A DNA stretch of 64,000 nt from an uncultured Chloroflexia bacterium (GTDB taxonomy: Bacteria; Chloroflexota; Limnocylindria; Limnocylindrales; CSP1-4): positions 32,001 to 96,000 of the forward strand of contig CAWEZH010000001.1 of the NCBI GenBank assembly GCA_963813535.1, read 5' to 3'. Shown piece after piece: positions 55,983 through 64,000 of this stretch. The translations under genes were made by a program, and so were the position numbers. The notes under the pieces are model-generated. The model was given only the letters and a program-made list of their open reading frames with translations, made no database searches and was not told the origin of the DNA. The first letter of the stretch is position 1; the number at the start of each line of letters is the position of its first letter.

Positions 55983-58780
55983 TCAGACCGGCGGTAGTTC
56001 CTGCGCGTCGGTCTGGGCGGCCGCGAACAGGTCACCGACCTTCGCGACCCGTTCGGGCAGCGTCCGGATCGTCCAGCGGTCCGGTCGAAGGTCGGGATCG
56101 TCGAGCTCGTCCCACGAGATCGGCGCGCTGACCGGCGCGCCCGGCGCAGGTCGCACCGAGTACGGCGCGACGAGCGTCTTGATCGACGCGTTCTGGGTGT
56201 AGTCGAGCCGCGCGCGGCCCTTCCGAGCGGCCTTGGCCCACTCCCACGAGATCAGGTCGGGCACGGTCGAGCCGACCGCCCTGGAGACCCGCTCGACCCA
56301 TTGGCTCGTCTCGGCGAAGTCGTACTTGCCGTGGACGATCGGGATCCAGACCTGGATGCCGCGCTTGCCCGTCGTCTTGGGATAGCCGCGCACGCCAAGG
56401 TGCTCGAGTGCGGCCCGGTACAGGCGGGCGAGCGTGAGTGTCTCGTCCCAGGTCGTCTTCTCGCCCGGGTCGATGTCGATGTAGGCGAACGCCGGCTGCC
56501 ACGGCTCGGGCAGCTTGCCGGTCCAGGCGTGGACCTCGAAGCTGGCCTGGTTGCCGAGCCAGGCGAGACTGGCGGCATCGACCGCCAGCAGGTGGTCGTT
56601 GGCGTCGCGATCCTCGCGCCCGTCGACGCCGGTCTCGTGCCACCGCTTCAGCCATTTCGGCGCGGTCTCCGGGATGTCCTTCTGCCAGAACCCGGGTGCG
56701 CCGGCGCCGTTCGGGAAGCGCTGCAGGTTGAGCGGCCTGTCGTAGAGGTGCGGCAGCATCGTGGGCGCGATCGTCGCGAAGTAGCGGATGAGCTCGCGCT
56801 TGGTGACCGGCGGTTCCTGTTCGCCGTCCGGCCCCGGCCGACCCTCGAACAGCGGCTTGTCGAGGTTGGTCAGCTTCAGCTCCCGACCCCCGATGTGCCA
56901 CACGCCTTCCTTGCCGAGGGCCTCGAGCTCGGCCAGCTCGGCGGGCGTCGGTCCGGCGAACTCGGGGGTCGACGACTTGGCGGCTCGACTCGGCTTGGCA
57001 GCTTTGGCGGGGCTCGCCGCCTTGCCGGACGTGCCGGACTTCGCGGACTCGGCTGGCTTCGCGGCCTTCACGGGTTTCGCGTTCTTCGAGGGCATCGGCT
57101 CCTCCTCGGGTGGCGCGGGTTCTGCGGCCTCTGCGGCCCGGACCGCGGTGGTCGTGGCGACCGGCATCTCCTTGGCGACCGCCGTCGGGTCGCGTCCCGC
57201 CTCGATGCCCTTGTACGCCGTCTGGCGGACCTGGCCGTCGCGCGTCCAACCGCCGATCTCGGCGCGGATCACGATCTCGGGGCGGACCCACGTGATGTCC
57301 CTGAGGTCGCCGCCCCATCGACCACGGTAGTCCTTGGGCGGTGCGGGGTCGAACGGCGGGTCATCCTGGACCAGCGGCTTCAGGCGCTTCAGGAGGTCGT
57401 TCCGGATCGCCCCCGTGAAGCCGCTGCCGACCTTGCCGGCGAACCGCAGCGCCCCGTCCTCGTAGACGCCGATCGCCAGCGCGCCCAGGTCACGCGCGTT
57501 GCCACTCCCCGGCGTCCAGCCACCGACCACGAAGTCCTGTTCCGGCCGGATCTTGATCTTGAGCCACGCCCCGGTGCGCTTGCCCGGCTCGTAGCGCGAT
57601 CGACGGAGCTTGGCGACCATGCCCTCGACACCGAGCGTCGACGCCGCTTCGAAGAAGGCCTTCCCCTCCCCGACCACGTGCGACGCGAAGCGGACCCGCG
57701 GGTGGTCCTTGAGGACGCTGCGCAACAGCCGTTTGCGGTCCTCGAGCGGGACGTCGAGGAGCGACCGACCGTCGAGGTACAGCAGGTCGAACGCCTGGTA
57801 CACGAGCCCGTTCGCCTCCTTGTCGCCGAGCTTCGTCTGGAGGAGGCTGAAATCGGTCGACCGTCGTCATCGAGCGCCACGACCTCACCATCGATGATGG
57901 CCTGCTGGGCCTCGATCCATCGGCCGGGTGAGCCAAGCAGCCGCGGGAAGTAGGTCGAGGCGTCGTTGAGGTTGCGGGTCAGGATGCGAACCTTGCCGTC
58001 ATCGACGACCGACTGCACGCGGAACCCGTCCCACTTGATCTCGAAGAGCCAGTCGTCGTCGTCGAATGGCTTGGTCGCCAGCGTGGCGAGCATCGGCTCG
58101 ATCTTCTGGGGCAGCGTCGCCGTCTTGGCGCCCGCGAGGTCGATCTCGGCGGTCGCCGCCGGCGCCTGGCTGATCCAGATCGCGTCGCGATTCTCCTTGA
58201 CCTCGTCGTTGGTCCGACCGGTCTTGACGCTCTGGGGGTGATCCTCGGCATCCCAGCCCGGGCTGGCGGCGTCGTCGTTCTTGTGGATGAGCAGCCATTG
58301 GTCGCCGTCGTCGCCCTCGAAGGGGCGGCTGCCGCCCCGTCCGCTCGTGCGGACGATCGTGAACCGGCCCTTGAGCTTCTCGCCGTTGAGCCGGAACTTC
58401 AGCTCGCCGTCCTGGACCGCCTTGCGTCCTTCGAGGGTGGGCGCCTCGGGCTCCCAGATGCCCCAATCCCAGACGATCACGTCACCCGCGCCGTACTGCT
58501 TCGCCGGGATCACGCCTTCGAAATCGAAGTATTCGATCGGGTGGTCTTCGACATGGACGGCCATGCGTCGGACCTTCGAGTCGAGGGTCGGCCCCTTGGG
58601 GACCGCCCACGAGACGAGCACGCCGTCGATCTCGAGCCGGAAGTCGTAATGGAGGCGGGTGGCGCGGTGGCGCTGGACGACGAACCGACCGCTCTTGCCG
58701 CTGGTCGCGGTGTCCAGGTCCGGCGGCGGTTCGGGCGTCTTCCCGAAGTCGCGTTTGCGACGGTATTCCTCGAGGGGCAT
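55983..58780 (-). CDS. ligD: NHEJ DNA ligase D (PE-LIG-POL); one frameshift near 57855
   Basis: PE: QRHRATRLHYDFRLE, SWAVPKGP, VEDHP. LIG: EIKWDGFR, DGE, FDLL, EGMVAK, WLKIK. POL: TNLDK, RFPNG, DIDP, KTTGKRG, DYTQN, PYSVR. Adding one C (CGA CC[C] GAT TTC) joins the two ORFs. Confidence 0.9.
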
Positions 58781-58824
58781 CGCGCTCAGTGTGCCGCAGG
58801 ATCAGGGGTCGGGGTGGACCTCCG

Positions 58825-61404
58825 TCAACCAGGCTCGATCTCGACCTTGGCCTTCGGTTGTGCCCGCTGCCACAGCCATGCGCTCGCCAGCAGGACGATG
58901 CCGAGCACGACGAACGAGATGACGCGGTAGGCAACGTCGAGCGCCGCCAGGTCGAACAGGAAGACCTTCATCGTCGCCACCGCAAGCAGGGCCAGACCCG
59001 CGAGCCGGATGTCGCGAGCCTTCGACCGGATCCCGTACATGAAGGCCGCCACACCCAGGATCGCCCACAGGACGCTCAAGGCGACCTGTCCTTGCGTCCG
59101 CAGTTCCTCGAAGGCGATCGACCCGCCGGCCCGACGACCCACGATGTCGACCGCGACCACCGAGAGCAGGTACACGAAGAGCACCCCGGCGCCATACCGC
59201 GTCCAACGTCGAAGCGCTGGCTCCGGCCACGATCGCGCGAAGACCTCGGCGCCGATCACCACGACGCCGAGCGCGATCACCGCCTGGAGCGTCAGCAGGA
59301 CCGGGACGGGTGTCGCTCCCACGACAAGGCGAGTCGGCCTCGCGGCCTCATCCACGGCCACCATGGCCGCCGCCAGGATCACGATGCCGGCAGCAGCCGG
59401 CAACGCTCGACTCGGGTCGGACAGGCGCCGCGCGATCAGGATCGCCAGCATCGCGAGCCCGACCCAACCGACACTGATCGCCCACGGCTCGACCTCGAAC
59501 ACGACGGCGTAGGCCGCGACGCCACCCGCGACGAGGACCGAGGCTCGACGTTCCACCAGTCCGCCGAGAAGCCAGCCGGCGACGAGCACGCCGGCGATCA
59601 CGATCGCGGCGGCGGCCGCGCCCTCGTCGGTGAATGGGATCGCCGGTGGAGTGACGTCCCCGAGCTCGACGAGCGGCAGCTCGACCAGGATCAGGTGGGC
59701 GATCGCGATGACGCCGAACGACACCGCCGCGGCGGGCAGGGCGAGCGCCGTCGACGCGCGCCAGTCGACGGTGCGCAGCCGCACGGGGATGAGTCCGTCG
59801 GTCTGCCAGTCGATGGGCACGGTCGGAAGCAGGGGTAGCCATCTCGACGTCGCCGCGGCCGCGACCATCAGCAACGCCGCCGCCGCGACGAGCGCAAGTC
59901 CGGTGAACACGGACACGGCGCAGAACATCGCGACGCTGAACCCGAGGGTCGCGAGGGCCGACCGCAGGCTGCGATCGCCGACGATCCAGACCGCGATGGC
60001 CACGCCCGCGAGGAAGAAGGCGAGTGCGCCGCCGTTGGCATCGATGAACGGCAGACCCGCGGTCGATGGCCCCGTCCACGGATACAACGAGACGACCGCC
60101 AGGGCGGCGAGGACGAACAAGACGGCCGACGCCGCGGCGCTGTAGGGATGCCAGCGCCGCACAGCGACCCAGGCCAAAGCCACGGCCTCTGCCGTCCAGG
60201 CGATCGGCACGGCGGGTGCGTCGAACTGGATCGGCACCGCCATGGTCAGAGCCGCGACGCCGGTGCCCAGGGCAAGGAGCCCGAACAGGTTTCGTTCACC
60301 GTCGCGTGCGACCACGTACCCACCCAGGACGAAGTGGGCTGCCGCCACGATGACCATGAACAGTCCGCGATACATCTCGAGGTCATCGCTCAACACGACG
60401 AAACCGGCCCACACGACGAACGCCGCGTTTCCGAGAAGGACCGTCGCCGACGATGGGCTGAGGACGTCTCTGCGTCGCAGGCCCTCGCCTCCGGCCGCGA
60501 CGGCGTTCAAAGCCCACAGGACGGCGATGCCGGCCAGGCCGATCAGGGGGGCAGGATCTCCGAGGATCCAGGAAGCGGCCTGTGGCACGGTCAGGACGAA
60601 CGCGATCGGCGGCAACCATCGCCACGACTTCCAGAGGGCGACGCCGGTGGTACCGACGAGCGTGACAGCGATGAACGCGAGCGTCGTCGTGTCCGCACTG
60701 GCCTCCAGCAATGGCGGCGCGAGCAGGACGGAGATCAGGCCGAAGGCGGCGACGAGCTGCGAGTCGTTGCGCACGGCGATCACCGCGACGACCACCGCGC
60801 TGAGGAGGGCGCCGAGCAAGCCGACCTCGGTCGGGACGAGGTGGTAGAGCCTCGTCGCGCCGATCAGGCTGATCGAGATGATCGCCAGGCCTACCGGTGT
60901 CAGGACGTGTCCGAGCAGGCGGTTACCGCGATCCAGGAAGACGGCGCCGGAACCGACGGCGATCGCCCCTGCGGCCAGCCCGATCAAGACCCGGAGCTCG
61001 GGCCCGATCCAGCCGCGGCTGAACGCGAGACTCAGGAAGAAGATGGCGCCGAGGACCAGCGCGATGCCGCCGACCACGGCCAGCGCGCGGCCGGCAAGTC
61101 GCTCCTCGAGGTCTCCGAACGTCGCAGCCAAGGATCGGCTGGCCGCCGCTGAAGCCGGCACGGTCGGGGGAACGGGGGCCTGGATCAATGGCGACGGGCG
61201 CGGCTGGCCGGTTGCGGCCGGGTTGCGGTCGGCTGCCAATAGCTCGGCTGGCGCTCGACGAGTCGACGGCGTCGCGGATCCGACCGTCGCCGCCCGATCC
61301 TGGGTGCGCTCCAGGGCGGCGGCCTCGAGCGCGGCGATACGGGCTTCGAGGCGTGCGAGACGATCGTCCAGCGGAACCTGAGGCTCGTCCCCGTCCATGC
61401 CCAT
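58825..61404 (-). CDS. Large polytopic membrane protein (DUF2339-like)
   Basis: N-terminal coiled coil, LEERLAGR.L..VGG, GWIGPELR, >20 TMs, C-terminal KVFLFDL..L...YRVISF..LG. Confidence 0.8.
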   Translation of the reverse strand: MGMDGDEPQVPLDDRLARLEARIAALEAAALERTQDRAATVGSATPSTRRAPAELLAADRNPAATGQPRPSPLIQAPVPPTVPASAAASRSLAATFGDLEERLAGRALAVVGGIALVLGAIFFLSLAFSRGWIGPELRVLIGLAAGAIAVGSGAVFLDRGNRLLGHVLTPVGLAIISISLIGATRLYHLVPTEVGLLGALLSAVVVAVIAVRNDSQLVAAFGLISVLLAPPLLEASADTTTLAFIAVTLVGTTGVALWKSWRWLPPIAFVLTVPQAASWILGDPAPLIGLAGIAVLWALNAVAAGGEGLRRRDVLSPSSATVLLGNAAFVVWAGFVVLSDDLEMYRGLFMVIVAAAHFVLGGYVVARDGERNLFGLLALGTGVAALTMAVPIQFDAPAVPIAWTAEAVALAWVAVRRWHPYSAAASAVLFVLAALAVVSLYPWTGPSTAGLPFIDANGGALAFFLAGVAIAVWIVGDRSLRSALATLGFSVAMFCAVSVFTGLALVAAAALLMVAAAATSRWLPLLPTVPIDWQTDGLIPVRLRTVDWRASTALALPAAAVSFGVIAIAHLILVELPLVELGDVTPPAIPFTDEGAAAAAIVIAGVLVAGWLLGGLVERRASVLVAGGVAAYAVVFEVEPWAISVGWVGLAMLAILIARRLSDPSRALPAAAGIVILAAAMVAVDEAARPTRLVVGATPVPVLLTLQAVIALGVVVIGAEVFARSWPEPALRRWTRYGAGVLFVYLLSVVAVDIVGRRAGGSIAFEELRTQGQVALSVLWAILGVAAFMYGIRSKARDIRLAGLALLAVATMKVFLFDLAALDVAYRVISFVVLGIVLLASAWLWQRAQPKAKVEIEPG

Positions 61405-61441
61405 GATCCAGCCCCCAAATCTGAGCCGACCGACCGTCGGC

Positions 61442-61557
61442 GCTCGGAACCCTACCGCGACGGCGTGGTGTTACGGGTCAACACGCCGGCGTTCGCGGCA
61501 TGACCGGTTGCGTGCCATGACGCTCTCGAGGCGCAACTGTTGCGACGGGTTCCGAGC
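61442..61557. repeat. 116-bp structured intergenic element with 11-bp perfect terminal inverted repeats
   Basis: GCTCGGAACCC (61442-61452) / GGGTTCCGAGC (61547-61557) enclosing two internal stems. Confidence 0.55.
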
Positions 61558-61641
61558 ACGGGCGCGTGCTGACAGCGGGGTTGGGCCGCGCCAAACGCCG
61601 CAGCCGGGACGAGGTGCGTCCCGCGACCCGCCCGAACGAGG

Positions 61642-62580
61642 CTAGGCGGACTTGCGCTTCCGGGCCGCCGGCTTGGCCTTTTCTTCGTCGTCCGATGCCT
61701 TCGCCCTGGCCCGGGAGGCGGCGGGCTTTCGTGCGGCCGCCGTCTTCTTCTCGCGGGCTTCGGCCACGGAGACAGGCTTCTCGGCACCGGCCTCGCGCGA
61801 CGCCTTGGCGGCCGAGACCGACGCCTCGAGGGCAGCCATCAGATCGATGAGCTTGCCGGTCTCCTCGGGCTCCTCGACCTCGACGGTCTCCTTGCCCTCG
61901 ACCTTGGCCTCGATGATCTTCTCGAGCGCCTCGCGATACTCGTCCTTGTACTGGCCGGGGTCGAACGCGCCGGTCATCGCCGACACGAGCTGCTTGGCCA
62001 TCGTCAGCTCGGCCGGCTTGAAGTCGAACTCCTCTTCCGGCAGGTCGAGCTCCTTCATCGAGCGGATCTCGTCGGGCCAGTGGAGCGTGGTCAGCAGCAA
62101 CGTCTCGGCGAACGGGTCGAGCGCGGCGAGCGCCTCGCGATCCTTGATCACGACCTTGCAGATCGCAGTGAGGCCCTCGTCCTCGAGCACGGACTTGAGG
62201 AGGTAGAAGGCCTTGCGGCCGATCTTGTCGGGCTCGACGTAATAGGCCGACTTGACGAAGCGGACGGCATTGTCGTCGCGCTCGGCCTTCGTGAACTGCT
62301 CGATCTCGATCGAGCGCACGGTCTTGAGCGGCACCCGCTCCAGATCTTCGTCCGTGATGACGACGTACTCGCCGGGCGAGTACTCGTAGCCCTTGACCGT
62401 CTCACTGCGGGAGATCGGCTCGTCCTCGACCGGACACCAGACCTTCATCTGGATGCGCGACAGGTCCTCCTTGTGGAGCATGTTGAAGCTGATGCCCTTG
62501 GACTCGGTCGCGAGATAGAGCTTGATCGGGATGGTGACCAAGCCGAACTGGATGGCCCCCTTCCACATCGCTCGTGCCAC
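61642..62580 (-). CDS. ku: NHEJ DNA end-binding protein Ku
   Basis: RAMWKGAIQFGLVTIPIKLY, VKGYEY, YYVEP, LHWPDEIR, YKDEYRE, DLMAALEAS, basic tail. Confidence 0.96.
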   Translation of the reverse strand: MARAMWKGAIQFGLVTIPIKLYLATESKGISFNMLHKEDLSRIQMKVWCPVEDEPISRSETVKGYEYSPGEYVVITDEDLERVPLKTVRSIEIEQFTKAERDDNAVRFVKSAYYVEPDKIGRKAFYLLKSVLEDEGLTAICKVVIKDREALAALDPFAETLLLTTLHWPDEIRSMKELDLPEEEFDFKPAELTMAKQLVSAMTGAFDPGQYKDEYREALEKIIEAKVEGKETVEVEEPEETGKLIDLMAALEASVSAAKASREAGAEKPVSVAEAREKKTAAARKPAASRARAKASDDEEKAKPAARKRKSA

Positions 62581-62619
62581 GGCGTCGGAACCTCATGCGT
62601 GCGTGCACCGGTTTCTCCG

Positions 62620-62635
62620 GCCCGATGCATCGGGC
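62620..62635. promoter_or_regulatory. 16-bp perfect palindrome upstream of ku
   Basis: GCCCGATGCATCGGGC, just downstream of a TATGGT -10-like hexamer on the minus strand. Confidence 0.4.
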
Positions 62636-62705
62636 GCCACCATAGCGCACACGGGCAACTGCGCCCGTCAACGGCGCGGGCTGCGACCGTGCGGAGACCT
62701 CGCGG

Positions 62706-64000
62706 TCAGCGCAGGACGATGAAGCCGTCGAGCGAGACCGAGGGCCGCCCGGACGTGCCGGCGACCCGCAGCTCGATCGTGTGCGTCCCCGAGCTGCTCC
62801 AGCTCCCGACGTAGACGACCTTGCGGTACACGCTCGACTGCGAGTAGAGGTCGACCGTGGACTTGTAGACGCCGTCGATGTACACGGAGAACTTGCCGCG
62901 CGTCGAGTTCGTCGGCGCGACGATGGCGATGCCCCGACCGGTGAACCGGTACCGGGCGGTCGCGCCCGCCTGTCGCGATGAGGTGATCCAGCCACCGGTC
63001 GACGGGCTGTTGGCGTAGCGCGACCATGCGCCGCGATACGTCACGAGCGTCGAACGATCGCTGATCGCCAGCGGCGTGACGGCTGCGGAGGCTTCACGCC
63101 AGACGCTCCAGGAGCCATCGCTGTCCTTGGCACGCACGCGGAAGCGGTACGTCGACCCGAACGACAGCCCCGTGTACGCGACCGCTCTCGATGACGCCGA
63201 CGTCGCGACCGTCCAGCCGTACGTGCCGCCGTTGACGCTCTTCTCGACCTCGTAGCCGACGATCGGGTCGGACGGGTCGGTGGCTGCTGCCCAGGAGGTC
63301 CGCAGGGTCAGGCTGTTCGAGCCGGTGGACGATCGACCCAGGGTCGTCGACTTGTAGACCGATGACGTCGGCGCCTTGGCGGTCGGCATGTCCGAGGCGA
63401 CGTTGACCGTCAGCGTCGCCGATTTCGTTCGACCCCAGTTCGTTCCACTCACCTGGACGTGGTAGGTGCCGGGCTTGGCGTTCGACGGGGCCGTCACCCG
63501 GACCGACCCGCTCCCGGCGGTCCAGCCGTACAGGCTCGGCGTCACGAGCGTCGCGCTCCAGCCCGACGGGACACTGTCCACGCGCAGCCGGACCCGCTCG
63601 AAGAAGGTCGAACTGCGGCTGACGCTGAACGGCACGATCGCCGTCCCGCCCTTCGACGGGATCGACATCGACGAGCCGGCCGCGAGCGAGAACGTGCCGA
63701 GCGTCCCGATGCGGGACACGCTGAGCAACGGCTCATGGTAGTTGTCGGGATCGGTGTGGCGGTACCAGTTCGTGCTGCCGAGATAGCGGAGCGATTCGCG
63801 GACCTCGGACGGCGTCGCGAGCGGGCGCGTGGCCTTGTACAGCGCCACGGCGCCGGTCACATGCGGTGCGGCCATCGACGTGCCCGAGGAATAGCCGTAC
63901 GTCGGCCCGGGCTTGGTCGACCAGATGCATTTGCCCGGCGCGATGAGGTCGACGTCGGAGCCATAGTTGCTGAAGTCGGCGAACGTGTCGTCCCGGTCGT
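62706..64000 (-). CDS. S8 (subtilisin-like) serine peptidase with C-terminal FN3/beta-sandwich domains; 5' part outside the window
   Basis: FSNYGSDVDLIAPGKCIWST...SGTSMAAPHVTG (catalytic Ser); FN3-like W...Y.V...YRFRVRA. Confidence 0.9.
   Translation of the reverse strand, partial: DRDDTFADFSNYGSDVDLIAPGKCIWSTKPGPTYGYSSGTSMAAPHVTGAVALYKATRPLATPSEVRESLRYLGSTNWYRHTDPDNYHEPLLSVSRIGTLGTFSLAAGSSMSIPSKGGTAIVPFSVSRSSTFFERVRLRVDSVPSGWSATLVTPSLYGWTAGSGSVRVTAPSNAKPGTYHVQVSGTNWGRTKSATLTVNVASDMPTAKAPTSSVYKSTTLGRSSTGSNSLTLRTSWAAATDPSDPIVGYEVEKSVNGGTYGWTVATSASSRAVAYTGLSFGSTYRFRVRAKDSDGSWSVWREASAAVTPLAISDRSTLVTYRGAWSRYANSPSTGGWITSSRQAGATARYRFTGRGIAIVAPTNSTRGKFSVYIDGVYKSTVDLYSQSSVYRKVVYVGSWSSSGTHTIELRVAGTSGRPSVSLDGFIVLR

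Noticed and set aside
32780-57860. Frameshifts in acuC (~32784), yyaL (~37553) and ligD (~57855) as pseudogenes or programmed frameshifts
   Set aside because: Each is a single-base indel in a short run with otherwise intact motifs and no slippery heptamer. Five such indels in 64 kb point to long-read assembly error; read mapping would settle it.
61500-61620. Cobalamin riboswitch-like words (GCAACTGT, AGCCGGGAC)
   Set aside because: No AGGGAA core, and no plus-strand gene downstream (ku converges).
1-64000. CRISPR arrays, tRNA/rRNA, transposases, integrases, prophage genes
   Set aside because: None recognised by eye; intergenic spaces are short and no regularly spaced repeats were seen.

Overview
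A gene-dense, very high-GC bacterial window. Gene style suggests Chloroflexota (Limnocylindria-like) or a similar Terrabacteria lineage; this is inference only. Left to right: (1) a 14-kb cyanophycin/polyamine neighbourhood: M20 peptidase, an unusual CphA paralogue with no ATP-grasp domain, a PotABCD-type ABC importer, an amidohydrolase, and a cphB-PPOX-cphA-agmatinase operon; (2) GT87, MFS, a class II amidotransferase and an SOS-box-preceded lhr-nei operon; (3) a self-contained PTS-dependent dihydroxyacetone kinase operon, divergent from a second, altered DhaL coupled to a soluble GAF/PAS histidine kinase and an OmpR-type regulator, with 11-bp phased repeats in the shared promoter; (4) a possible beta-pore-forming secreted protein plus lipoprotein, an HDAC-GNAT fusion, tatA, mug, NUDIX-MBL, yyaL and two putative cysteine proteases; (5) an FGGY kinase/G1P-dehydrogenase/HAD/TIM-barrel/polyamine-type ABC/GntR catabolic operon; (6) a Sau3AI-like R-M plus Vsr module; (7) eis, a Mo-enzyme/cupredoxin pair, NHEJ genes (ligD, ku) flanking a DUF2339-like gene and a structured intergenic element, and a partial subtilase. 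Five single-base indels (acuC, yyaL, gntR twice, ligD) look like assembly errors. No rRNA, tRNA, CRISPR array or transposase was recognised. The best candidates for undescribed systems are the N+M-only CphA paralogue linked to polyamine genes and the DhaL2-histidine kinase sensing module. All assignments come from motif reading, not database searches.
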